From: Candidatus Methylomirabilia bacterium
GTDB lineage: Bacteria > Methylomirabilota > Methylomirabilia > Rokubacteriales > CSP1-6
Assembly (NCBI GenBank): GCA_046758965.1
Contig: JBHIBG010000027.1
Coordinates: 1-31,025, forward strand
Direction: 5' to 3'
Length of the DNA stretch: 31,025 bases
Shown here one piece after another: positions 1-11,162 of this stretch (position 1 is the first letter of the stretch; every line of letters starts with the position of its first letter). Under the pieces are notes generated by a model, which saw only the letters and a list, made by a program, of their open reading frames with translations, searched no databases and was not told the origin of the DNA. The translations under genes were made by a program, and so were the position numbers.

Positions 1-341
1 TACGGCCAGTGGCTGACTGACGAGGGGTTCGTGCGCCTGGGCCGGGTGATGGTACAGGAAGGAGCACGGCTGACGCCCTCGCCCGCGGCCAAGGCGTCCG
101 AGGAGCGCTAGCTCGTGGGAGGCCGCCTGGCCCTCGCGCGCGTCTTCTATGCCCGAGGCAAGTTTGACGAGTACGTACGACAGACACGGGGGGGCTTCGG
201 TTCGCCCGAGCCCGGGGAGGGCATCAGCTTCGCGAAGTGCGCGCGTTCCTTGCGGCCTTTGAGCGAAGCGGCCCCGGACAGTCCCTCCCCCCGGTCCCGG
301 ACCCCCAGGCATTGATCGGGTGGAATTACGATGAGCCCTGA
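1..341 (+). pseudogene. 3' part of a probably disrupted helical/TPR-like protein gene (5' end outside the window)
   Basis: Frame 1 reads YGQWLTDEGFVRLGRVMVQEGARL...SEER, then TAG at 109-111, then in frame LVGGRLALARVFYARGKFDEYVRQTR (TPR-like). After a G7 run at 188-194 a shifted frame gives LRFARARGGHQLREVRAFLAAFERSGPGQSLPPVPDPQALIGWNYDEP, stop at 339-341. Confidence 0.45.
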
Positions 342-461
342 CTCTCCCGCGCTGAAATGTTCACGCCTGTCCGCTCCCCTGCTGGAGCCCACGGCTTCTC
401 ACCACGGCCGTGAGTCTGACATGGCGGAGTGCGAGGCACGCGCAGGGGACGCCCGACGTTG

Positions 462-1571
462 ATGCAGACTGACTGGCAAGGGCACTACCTGGACGGCCAG
501 ACCGCCGCCCGCCAGCCGGCAGCGATCCGTGTGATGCGAAGCGGCCTCGAGGTCACCACGGCGAGCGGCCTGACGCTCTGGTGGCCGTACGACCAGGTCC
601 GCCAGACCCAGGGCTTCTACGCCGGAGAGCAGGTTCGCCTGGAGAGGGGCGAGGACAGTCCGGAGGTGATCCTGGTTTCGGACGCGGCGTTCCTTACCGC
701 TCTGCGTCTGACGGCGCCGGAGCTGGCAAGGCATTTCCACGACCCCACCGGTCGCGGGCTCAGGGTCAAGCTCACCATCCTCGCGGCCGTCGCCGCCGTC
801 GGGATCGCGGCCGCCCTTTACCTGTGGGGTATCCCCGCCATGGCGGCGCTGGTGGCACCCCGCATCCCCGTCTCGTGGGAAGAGCGCCTCGGGCGCTCGG
901 TCCTCGAGCAGCTGGCCCCGGCTGGGAAGCGGTGCGCAGACCCGACCGGCCTGCGCGTGATCGACACTATCATCACGACGCTGACCGCCCCGCTCCCGAG
1001 ATCCCCTTACGTCTTTCGGGTCACGGTGGTCGACTATCCTGTCGTGAATGCCGTCGCGCTCCCCGGCGGGTACATCGTGCTGTTCCGGGGCCTACTCGAG
1101 CGGACTCGCTCCGCCGAAGAGCTGGGTGGCGTTCTCGCCCACGAGATGCAGCATGTCCTCCAACGCCACGCCACGCGTGCGTTGCTCCAACAGGCGTCTA
1201 CCGGGCTCCTGCTCGCTGCCTTGGCTGGGGATGCGAGCGGCGCCTATGGGCTGGAGAGTGCCCGGCTGCTCGGGAGGCTTGCGTATAGCCGCCGAGCGGA
1301 GGTGGAGGCGGATACCGAGGGGATGCGGATGCTCCTCGCGGCCGGGGTCGACCCGGCCGGGATGATCGCGTTCTTTCGGATGCTCGAGAGGGAAGGCGCG
1401 GGGGCGCCAGCCTTCCTCAAGTACGTGTCCACTCACCCGAGCACCGAGGATCGAATCGAGACCCTGAAGTCGCTAGCGGGACGGTTTCGGGGTCGGCCAC
1501 GCAAGGTGCTCCCGGACTATGACTGGCGCGACATCACGAATGTTTGCCAGATCCTCGGCCCGCCGAGCTGA
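462..1571 (+). CDS. M48 family zinc metallopeptidase with N-terminal soluble domain and one TM helix
   Basis: VNAVALPGG, HEMQH (HExxH), YSRRAEVEAD and STHP motifs; hydrophobic helix LTILAAVAAVGIAAALYLWGI. ATG at 462 chosen over GTG at 429. Confidence 0.9.
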   Translation: MQTDWQGHYLDGQTAARQPAAIRVMRSGLEVTTASGLTLWWPYDQVRQTQGFYAGEQVRLERGEDSPEVILVSDAAFLTALRLTAPELARHFHDPTGRGLRVKLTILAAVAAVGIAAALYLWGIPAMAALVAPRIPVSWEERLGRSVLEQLAPAGKRCADPTGLRVIDTIITTLTAPLPRSPYVFRVTVVDYPVVNAVALPGGYIVLFRGLLERTRSAEELGGVLAHEMQHVLQRHATRALLQQASTGLLLAALAGDASGAYGLESARLLGRLAYSRRAEVEADTEGMRMLLAAGVDPAGMIAFFRMLEREGAGAPAFLKYVSTHPSTEDRIETLKSLAGRFRGRPRKVLPDYDWRDITNVCQILGPPS

Positions 1572-1683
1572 TGCCGCAGCGGCGAGTCGAGCACGAACAG
1601 ACGGCGTGCGTGCGGCGTATCGGATTCTGGACATTGACAGAGCCCGGCTCCCCGCGATAAGAGCAGTGCCGTGACCTTCTCGT

Positions 1684-1713
1684 TTGACATTCCGGTGACA
1701 CCCTCCCTACAAT
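1684..1713 (+). promoter_or_regulatory. Sigma70-type promoter of the recA operon
   Basis: TTGACA (1684-1689), 18-nt spacer, TACAAT (1708-1713), 74 nt upstream of the recA ATG. Confidence 0.7.
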
Positions 1714-1787
1714 GGCGGTGTGTCGGATCGAGAGGGGTTGTGCGGTGCTCGGGGCGTCGACGCCCTCGGCGTTTCAAGGAGGCGATC

Positions 1788-2807
1788 ATGGTTGAGGTGA
1801 AAGCCGACCGCCGCCAGGCGTTGGATCTGGCCATGTCTCAGATCGAGAGGCAGTTCGGCAAAGGGGCCGTCATGCGCCTGGGTGCCCGGGGGGCCCTGGA
1901 CGAGGTGTCGGTCATCCCCACCGGGTCGATCGCCCTCGATGCGGCCCTGAGCATCGGTGGCATCCCGAAGGGGCGGGTCACCGAGATCTTCGGCCCCGAG
2001 TCCTCGGGGAAGACCACGCTAGCGCTCCATGTGATCGCTGAAGCCCAGCGGCTCGGCGGGGCTGCGGCGTTCATCGACGCCGAGCACGCGCTCGACCCCA
2101 CCTACGCGAAGAACCTGGGCGTCAACACCGACGAGCTGGTGATCTCGCAGCCCGACACGGGGGAGCAGGCCCTGGAGATCGCCGAGGTCCTGGTCCGCTC
2201 CAACGCCGTGGACGTCATCGTCGTGGATTCCGTGGCGGCGCTGGTGCCTCGGGCCGAGCTGGACGGCGACATGGGCGACTCCCTTCCGGGGCTTCAGGCC
2301 CGGCTGATGTCGCAGGCGCTGCGCAAGCTCACGGCAGCGATCGCGCGCTCGGGAACCGCGGTGGTCTTCATCAACCAGATCCGCGAGAAGATCGGCGTTC
2401 TCTTCGGTTCGCCCGAGACCACCCCGGGCGGGCGGGCCCTCAAGTTCTACGCCTCGCTCCGGCTGGACATCCGGCGGCTCGATGCCATCAAGTCAGGCGC
2501 CGAGTCGGTGGGGGTGCGCACCAAGGTCAAGGTCGTGAAGAACAAGCTTGCCCCCCCGTTCCGGGAGGCGGAGTTCGACATGATTTACGGCGTGGGGATC
2601 TCCCGGGAGGGGAATGTCCTGGATCAGGCGGTGGCGCAAGGATTCGTGGAGAAATCTGGGACCTGGTTTAGCTACGCGAGCGAGCGGATCGGTCAGGGGC
2701 GGGAGAACGCCAAGCGGTTTCTCACCGAGAACCCCAAGGTGCTGGCCGATCTGGAGGCGAAGGTGCGGCACGCTCTCGGGCTCAAGGCGGTGGGGGCCGA
2801 CTCGTGA
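1788..2807 (+). CDS. recA: Recombinase RecA
   Basis: GPESSGKTT Walker [51 protein letters not shown] just before ATG 1788. Confidence 0.99.
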   Translation: MVEVKADRRQALDLAMSQIERQFGKGAVMRLGARGALDEVSVIPTGSIALDAALSIGGIPKGRVTEIFGPESSGKTTLALHVIAEAQRLGGAAAFIDAEHALDPTYAKNLGVNTDELVISQPDTGEQALEIAEVLVRSNAVDVIVVDSVAALVPRAELDGDMGDSLPGLQARLMSQALRKLTAAIARSGTAVVFINQIREKIGVLFGSPETTPGGRALKFYASLRLDIRRLDAIKSGAESVGVRTKVKVVKNKLAPPFREAEFDMIYGVGISREGNVLDQAVAQGFVEKSGTWFSYASERIGQGRENAKRFLTENPKVLADLEAKVRHALGLKAVGADS

Positions 2808-2861
2808 CGATCGGGCTGACCGTGCCCGTTCGCCTCCGCGGGGTGTGAGGGGAGGGCGGCT

Positions 2862-4010
2862 ATGAAGTTCGACGAGTTCTTGACGCTGGCCGTCAAGCGC
2901 AACGCCTCTGACCTCCACCTCAAGGCCGGCGCCAAGCCGATCCTCCGGATCCACGGAGGGCTTGAAGTCCAGGACGATTGGCCGACCGTCACCAACCAGT
3001 TCATGGAAACGATGGCTCGCCGGCTCTTGGGAGAGCGCCAGTTCAGCGAGCTGATGGCGGGGGTCGAGAGGGACTTTCCCCACTTCGTGCCCGGGGTCGC
3101 GCGATTCCGGATCAACTTCTTCCTCGCCAAAGGGGAGATCCGCGCCGCCCTCCGCGTGATCCCGCTTCGGATCCCGTCCTTCGAGGAGCTTCGTCTCCCC
3201 AAGGTGCTGGAGAAGCTGACCTTGGAGCGCCGCGGCATGGTCCTGGTCACCGGCATCAGCGGAGCCGGAAAGTCCACCACGCTGGCCGCGCTGATCGACT
3301 CCATGAACCGGTACAAGAACGATCACATCGTCACCATCGAGGATCCCATCGAGTTCGTCCACGAGGACATTCGGTGCGTGGTGAGCCAGCGCGAGATCGG
3401 ACACGACTCCGGGAACTTCGTGCAGGCTCTGCGTGCCGCCCTGCGTGAGGATCCGGATGTCATTCTGGTAGGCGAGATGCGGGATGTCGAGACGATGTCG
3501 GTGGCGCTCCAGGCCGCGGAGACCGGGCACCTCGTCCTCTCCACCCTCCACACGCTGAACGCCGCGGAGACTGTCAACCGGATCATCTCCATGTTCCCGC
3601 CCCACCAGGAGCAGCAGATCCGTGACCAGCTTGCCGGACTCCTCCACGGGATCGTCTCGCAGCGTCTGGTGCAGCAGGCGGACGGGCAGGGCCGCGTGGC
3701 GGCGGCGGAGGTCATGATCGCTACCGCCCTCATCCGCGACTGCATCCGGGAGGCCGGGAAGACCTCCCAGATTCCCGCCGTCATCGCGGCAGGCGAGGCG
3801 CAGTACGGGATGCAAACGTTCGACCAGTCGCTCCTTGGCCTCTACCGGGAAGGGACAATCAGCTTCGAGACCGCCCGCGAGGCGGCCAGCAACCCCGATG
3901 ACTTCGAGCTGAAGGTCAAGGGCATCTTCTCGGCGGGTGAGGCGACCTGGGAGGAAGCGACGAAGAAGGGAGCGGCGCCGGGAGCGCGCTCCTTCTTCAA
4001 GAAGCTTTGA
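2862..4010 (+). CDS. pilT: PilT/PilU family type IV pilus retraction ATPase
   Basis: ASDLHL, GISGAGKSTT, TIEDPIE, ALREDPDVILVGEMRD, AAETGHLVLSTLHT, LIRDCIRE (AIRNLIRE-like), GMQTFDQSL. Confidence 0.93.
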   Translation: MKFDEFLTLAVKRNASDLHLKAGAKPILRIHGGLEVQDDWPTVTNQFMETMARRLLGERQFSELMAGVERDFPHFVPGVARFRINFFLAKGEIRAALRVIPLRIPSFEELRLPKVLEKLTLERRGMVLVTGISGAGKSTTLAALIDSMNRYKNDHIVTIEDPIEFVHEDIRCVVSQREIGHDSGNFVQALRAALREDPDVILVGEMRDVETMSVALQAAETGHLVLSTLHTLNAAETVNRIISMFPPHQEQQIRDQLAGLLHGIVSQRLVQQADGQGRVAAAEVMIATALIRDCIREAGKTSQIPAVIAAGEAQYGMQTFDQSLLGLYREGTISFETAREAASNPDDFELKVKGIFSAGEATWEEATKKGAAPGARSFFKKL

Positions 4011-4495
4011 AGCAACCCCTCACCGTCGAGGCGGCCAAGCGCGCAGCCTACGACCTTCTCTCGCGAAGGGCGTGGAGCCGGCGCGAGCTGAGGGCTCGGC
4101 TCGTGCGACGCGGCGCACCGGAGAGCGTGGCCCGTCAGGTGGTGGCGGAGCTGGAGGCCAGGGGGTACGTGGATGACCAGGCCTTCGCTCGCCAGTGGGC
4201 GGAACGGCGCGCCTCCCGCCGCGGGCTCGGGAGCCGCCGCCTGAGCGCGGAGCTCAAGGTCAAGGGGATCGCCCGTTCCCAGGCGACCTCTGCGATCCGC
4301 GAAGCCTTCTCCGAGACCGGGGAGGAGGCTCTGGCCCTCGAGGCCGGGCGTCGCCGCCTCCCTGCCCTCCAACGGCAGAACCCGGCTCGCGCCCCGTTCA
4401 GGCTCCGCGACTACCTTCTCCGCCGCGGCTACCCGACCGAGATCGTGAGCCAGGTGGTGAGCCGCCTCTTGTCGCTCGAGGATCCTGACCGCTGA
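4007..4495 (+). CDS. recX: Regulatory protein RecX
   Basis: LLSRRAWSRREL, GYVDD, ELKVKGI, YLLRRGY repeats; TTG start overlaps the pilT stop (TTGA); recA...recX-alaS context. Confidence 0.92.
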   Translation: MKQPLTVEAAKRAAYDLLSRRAWSRRELRARLVRRGAPESVARQVVAELEARGYVDDQAFARQWAERRASRRGLGSRRLSAELKVKGIARSQATSAIREAFSETGEEALALEAGRRRLPALQRQNPARAPFRLRDYLLRRGYPTEIVSQVVSRLLSLEDPDR

Positions 4496-4583
4496 GCGTG
4501 TGCCCGGCAGCCCTGCTTCTTGCCGACGGACGCCGAGCCGGCAGTCACACGGAGCTCGGGCGAGCCGGGAGAGGCCCGGCGTG

Positions 4584-4592
4584 TGCTACGAT
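4584..4592 (+). promoter_or_regulatory. Possible extended -10 promoter for alaS
   Basis: TG-C-TACGAT about 95 nt upstream of alaS; no clear -35. Confidence 0.35.
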
Positions 4593-4686
4593 ATGCAGGC
4601 GGGCTCCCACTGGACAGTAGGAGGGTTTGGGGCGACCCGCCCCCGGACTCGCGGCATCAGGCTCCGCTGATCAGATCCTGACTGAC

Positions 4687-7350
<2,664 letters not shown>

Positions 7351-7474
7351 GCGCGCGACGACATCCAACCGGGGAAGCCTGGCCCGGCCTTCCGCATGCC
7401 TCGCCCGGCCCGAGCGGGACCTGTCGCGGCCGGGTACCCGCGCCGAAGGGCGTGGGTGCCCCGCCGTCCGAGGA

Positions 7475-8647
7475 CTAAACCGCCTGGAGGAGGAGCCCGG
7501 TCAGATAGCGGGTCTCGGGCACACTCAGGAGCACCGGGTGATCGCGCGCCTGGCCGAGGCCGGCCAGCACCCGCACCGTGATTCCGGCGTCGGCCGCCGC
7601 CGCCTGGCAGATCTCCTCGAAGAGGGCTGGCGCGAGGTGGTGCGAGCAGGAGAAGGTGGCGAGGATCCCTCCGGGCTCGAGCAGTCTCAAGGCTCTCAGG
7701 TTGATTTCCTTGTAGCCCCGGGCCGCTGCCTCGAGGGCGCTCTTCCGTCGGGTGAAGGGGGGAGGGTCGAGGACCACCAGCCCAAAATGCTCCGCGCTCT
7801 TCTCGAGGCGCCTGAGCTCATCAAAGGCGTTCACCTGACGGCATTCCGTCTTCGCCTCAACCCCGTTCAGTTCCAGATTCCGACGCGCCCCGGCAAGGGC
7901 GCCCTCCGAGATCTCCAGGAGAACCGCTCGCTGGGCGCCAGCGGCCAGCCCTTGACAGGCGAAGGCCCCCGAGTAGGCGAAGGCATCCAAGAGCGTGCGC
8001 CCCCGGGCACAGGCTGCGAGGGCAAGTCGGTTCTCTCGCTGGTCCAGGTAGAAGCCGGTCTTCTGGCCTCGCTCCAGGGAGACGAGGAAGCGGCACGGCC
8101 CCTCCTCGATGACGACCTCCGAGGGGCCCTCGCCGGCGACCCAGCCGCGCTTCGCCTCGAACCCTTCCAGCCGCGCCGCAGTCGGGTCGTCGTTGGCGAA
8201 CACCCCGCAGCAGCCCCCGAGCTCCATGAGGGCCTCTGCAATCGAGCCCCGATGCCGCGCCATCCCCAGCGTGAGGCACTGGATCACCGCGACAGGGCCG
8301 TAGCGGTCCACCACGAGCCCGGGGAGCGCGTCTCCTTCGCTCCAGACCCAGCGGAAGGCGGGAGCGACCAGTCCCGCCGCCCGCCGATAGGAGAGCGCGG
8401 CCTCGAGGCGGCGGCGGAAGAAGCCCTGGTCCACGGGCTCGTCGCGGGTGGAGAGGAGACGGCAGACAAGAGAGGGCCGGGGATTGTAGAAGCCGCGGCC
8501 GAGGCAGGTCCCGTCGTGGGCGAGCACTGTCACCGCCTCGTCGGCGCGCCACTGGCCGACCAGCTCGGCCACCTCTCCCCGGTAGATCCAGGGGTGGCCG
8601 GCCCGTAGTCGTCCCTCTCGTCCCCGCTTGAGGATAAGCTTCGTCAC
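7475..8647 (-). CDS. rlmI: RlmI-like (23S rRNA m5C1962-type) class I SAM-dependent methyltransferase
   Basis: N-terminal PUA GHPWIY, SEGDALPGLVVDRYG, GQKTGFYLDQRENR, DPPPF, FSCSHH, DHP and ETRYL. GTG at 8647 gives a 390-aa protein. Confidence 0.88.
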   Translation of the reverse strand: MTKLILKRGREGRLRAGHPWIYRGEVAELVGQWRADEAVTVLAHDGTCLGRGFYNPRPSLVCRLLSTRDEPVDQGFFRRRLEAALSYRRAAGLVAPAFRWVWSEGDALPGLVVDRYGPVAVIQCLTLGMARHRGSIAEALMELGGCCGVFANDDPTAARLEGFEAKRGWVAGEGPSEVVIEEGPCRFLVSLERGQKTGFYLDQRENRLALAACARGRTLLDAFAYSGAFACQGLAAGAQRAVLLEISEGALAGARRNLELNGVEAKTECRQVNAFDELRRLEKSAEHFGLVVLDPPPFTRRKSALEAAARGYKEINLRALRLLEPGGILATFSCSHHLAPALFEEICQAAAADAGITVRVLAGLGQARDHPVLLSVPETRYLTGLLLQAV

Positions 8648-8721
8648 CTGATGGACACGCGCGACGACGGCGCCAGCCTCTGGGAGGGCGGCGCTCAGCC
8701 AGTCGAAACCGTGAGCGTGAG

Positions 8722-9492
8722 CTACGCGCGGCGGAGGACCACGACCATCATGAGGGGGTGCCTGGCTCGGTCCAGCGCCAGCCGGCGGTGGAAGCCGGAA
8801 AACCACTGGACGAACTCGAAGCCCTCGGCCAGCGCCACCAGGGCCTTGAGCTCCTGGGGGAAGACGATCCGGGAGAGGTGGCTCTGCCGGTGGACCCGGC
8901 GCGCTCCGTTCTCCAGCACCTCGAACTCCAGGTCTTCCCTGAACACCTGGGAGACCGGATTGACGGCCTCGAGTGCCGTGAACGTCGTTCGGACCGTGAG
9001 CGTCCCGCGCCGTCTGGTCCAGGACCAGCGCCGGGCCGGGTTGGTCCAGGATGAGGGGATGTAGCGGTCGAAGATGTAGAGCCCCCCCGGGCGGAGGGCC
9101 CTGGCCACAGCTCTCAGGTGGGCCAGAATCAGCTCGTTGGTGAGAAGGTGTCCCTGCGAGTCCTGCATGCAGATGGCGGCATCGACAGGCTCCCGGACGC
9201 CGAAGCGGCTCATGTTGGCGCGGAGCAACTCCACGGGGAGCCCGCGCTCTCGCACACGGGTCCGCACGTAGGCCAGGGTCTCCGAAGAGAGGTCGAGGCC
9301 GACCATCCGATAGCCCCGTTGGGCGAGCCTGAGCAGGTGGGGGCCGGTTCCGCAGCCGAGGTCCAGCACCCGGCGGACCGGCCCTTTCGCGAAGCGCTGA
9401 AAGCACCAGACGAGAAAATCCACCTCCCCCTTCCGGTGGAGGTCGAAGGCGATCTCGTAGTAGCGGGGCTTGGTGTAGAGCGCCTTGCTCAC
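8722..9492 (-). CDS. Class I SAM-dependent methyltransferase (Methyltransf_25-like), substrate unknown
   Basis: VLDLGCGTG, GLDLS, LRPGGLYIFD motifs; GTG start overlaps the speB TGA (GTGA). Confidence 0.88.
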   Translation of the reverse strand: MSKALYTKPRYYEIAFDLHRKGEVDFLVWCFQRFAKGPVRRVLDLGCGTGPHLLRLAQRGYRMVGLDLSSETLAYVRTRVRERGLPVELLRANMSRFGVREPVDAAICMQDSQGHLLTNELILAHLRAVARALRPGGLYIFDRYIPSSWTNPARRWSWTRRRGTLTVRTTFTALEAVNPVSQVFREDLEFEVLENGARRVHRQSHLSRIVFPQELKALVALAEGFEFVQWFSGFHRRLALDRARHPLMMVVVLRRA

Positions 9493-10349
9493 TTCCCCCA
9501 CCAGCTCAGCAGCGCCTCTCGGAGGATCCAGCTCCCCGCGATCCCCGTGCGCCCGGATGGGTCATGGGCCTGGGCCACCTCTACCAGATCCATCCCGATC
9601 ACCTCGCACTCCTCGAGGAGCCGGAGCAGCTCCATCGCCTCGGGCACCCGGAGGCCGCCCGCTTCCGGGGAGCCGGTGCCCGGCGCTTCCGCAGGGTCGA
9701 GCAGATCGATATCGAGGGTGACGTAGAGCGGGTACCGGCGGAGCTCCGGCAGGATCGCCCGCACGGTGTCTCGGGGAGCGATCTCCGTGGCAGGATAGAA
9801 CTGGAGCCCGCGGCGCTCGGACTCCTCCCGGGAACTGGTGCGCATCCCCACCTGGTAGACTCGCTCCCCTCCCACCACCTCCATCACCCGCGCCATGACC
9901 GACGCGTAGGTGTACCGCTCGCCGAGGAACTGCTCCCGCGCGTCGGGGTGGGCGTCGAGCTGGAGCACTCTGAGTTCGGGGAGTTGCTCGGCGAGGACCT
10001 CGATCACCGGGAGCGTGGCGGTGTGATCGCCGCCCAACATGACGAGGCGAGCCCCCGGGGTCCAAAAGGTCCGGATCTGGTCCCGGGCTCGGGCGAGCTG
10101 ATCCCGGGGTGAGGCATTGCGGGGGAGCTCCACGTCGCCCAGGTCGGCCAGCGGAAGGTCTTCCAGATCGCGCCCGAGGATGAGGGAATACGTCTCGATG
10201 GAGTCGGAGGCGATGCGAAGATCCTGGGGCCCTCGATCGGCTCCTTTCCGGAGGTTCACGCTCCCCTCGAACGGGATTCCGAAGAGGAGGATCCGGGCTT
10301 CCCCGGGATCCCGGGTGCAGGCAATGAAGCGTGGGCTCGCTGATCGCAT
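9489..10349 (-). CDS. speB: Agmatinase-like ureohydrolase (agmatine or aminopropylagmatine ureohydrolase)
   Basis: GGDH, DAHPD and DIDLLDP metal ligands, APGTGSPEAGG, DLVEV; directly downstream of an arginine decarboxylase gene. Confidence 0.88.
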   Translation of the reverse strand: MRSASPRFIACTRDPGEARILLFGIPFEGSVNLRKGADRGPQDLRIASDSIETYSLILGRDLEDLPLADLGDVELPRNASPRDQLARARDQIRTFWTPGARLVMLGGDHTATLPVIEVLAEQLPELRVLQLDAHPDAREQFLGERYTYASVMARVMEVVGGERVYQVGMRTSSREESERRGLQFYPATEIAPRDTVRAILPELRRYPLYVTLDIDLLDPAEAPGTGSPEAGGLRVPEAMELLRLLEECEVIGMDLVEVAQAHDPSGRTGIAGSWILREALLSWWGK

Positions 10350-10436
10350 CTCCGGTGAGGCGCTGCCCTCGGGACCGGGGACGCGCCTCCGGCGCGCGCC
10401 GGTCCGTCAGGCGCCCGGCTCCGGACGCCGCTCGAC

Positions 10437-10922
10437 TCAGAGGATGAGGTCTTCTTCCGAGAAGAGCGCGACGGCGGCGAAGGCGCAGGCGAGCCGCTCG
10501 ACCCGGTGCTCCGAAGCCATCACGGCCAGCTCACGGATCGTCTCCCCGCGGACGCTGAAGGCTTCCTCCAGCATCTGACGGACCGCCTGTTCCGCCTCCG
10601 CCTTGGGAGCCACGTCGTGGTACTCCATGATGACTCCCGCCTTGGTGCGGTCCGCCGGCAGGGCGTAGCCCACGGCTGCAGAGATCAGCTCGCCGGGAAC
10701 CTGGCTCGTGATGGCGGCATACGCCGTGGGGATCAGGCTGCCAGGCTTGATCTGGGGCAGGGCGACGAAATCCACGTCTGGGGGGATGATGCTGGAGATC
10801 TTCAGGAGGTTGACGTTGCCGAGCCCCGCCGACAGGAGCGCGTTGTCGAAGGCGTTGAGCGGGGTGGAGCCTTCCGCGTGCCCGGCGGTGGCCGCCGTCT
10901 TGGTGATTTTCCTGTCGAGCAT
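10437..10922 (-). CDS. pdaD: Pyruvoyl-dependent arginine decarboxylase
   Basis: LNAFDNALLSAGLGNVNLLKISSIIPP with the Ser-Ser autocleavage site, ISAAVG, GVIMEY; strong SD. Confidence 0.92.
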   Translation of the reverse strand: MLDRKITKTAATAGHAEGSTPLNAFDNALLSAGLGNVNLLKISSIIPPDVDFVALPQIKPGSLIPTAYAAITSQVPGELISAAVGYALPADRTKAGVIMEYHDVAPKAEAEQAVRQMLEEAFSVRGETIRELAVMASEHRVERLACAFAAVALFSEEDLIL

Positions 10923-11000
10923 TCGATCCTCCTCCTCACCTCCGCTTGCGGATCGGTCGCCCGTCGAGAATTTTCTCTCGACACGCGTTTTCGAGACCCC

Positions 11001-11028
11001 ATGTTAGCGGCTCGGCGGCCGAATGCAA
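11001..11028 (-). promoter_or_regulatory. Sigma70-type promoter of pdaD-speB-methyltransferase
   Basis: On the minus strand TTGCAT (11028-11023), 16-nt spacer, TAACAT (11006-11001). Confidence 0.5.
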
Positions 11029-11070
11029 GAAAATTCTTGCGAGGACCGCCGCCTCGCCTGCATTTTTTTC

Positions 11071-11099
11071 TTGCAATTCCCGAGATGGGATTCTACAGT
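11071..11099 (+). promoter_or_regulatory. Sigma70-type promoter of speD-speE
   Basis: TTGCAA (11071-11076), 17-nt spacer, TACAGT (11094-11099), preceded by a T-rich UP-like tract. Confidence 0.6.
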
Positions 11100-11162
11100 G
11101 AGCGAAAAATATTTCGACAGTGAGGATTTCAGGAGGGGAGGAGAGAAAGGAGGCTGATCAGA

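Noticed and set aside
109..111. Pyrrolysine or other amber recoding
   Set aside because: Other genes here end in TAG normally (speE, the FprA-like reductase), and a second lesion nearby favours decay.
1634..1665. Second TTGACA upstream of recA as a separate promoter
   Set aside because: No convincing -10 at 16-18 nt spacing.
1788..2807. Intein or intron in recA
   Set aside because: Normal length (339 aa) with contiguous motifs.
7475..9406. 643-aa ORF suggesting a fused double methyltransferase
   Set aside because: The N-terminal ~250 aa are Pro/Arg/Gly-rich off-frame translation across the real methyltransferase gene. RlmI similarity starts at GTG 8647.
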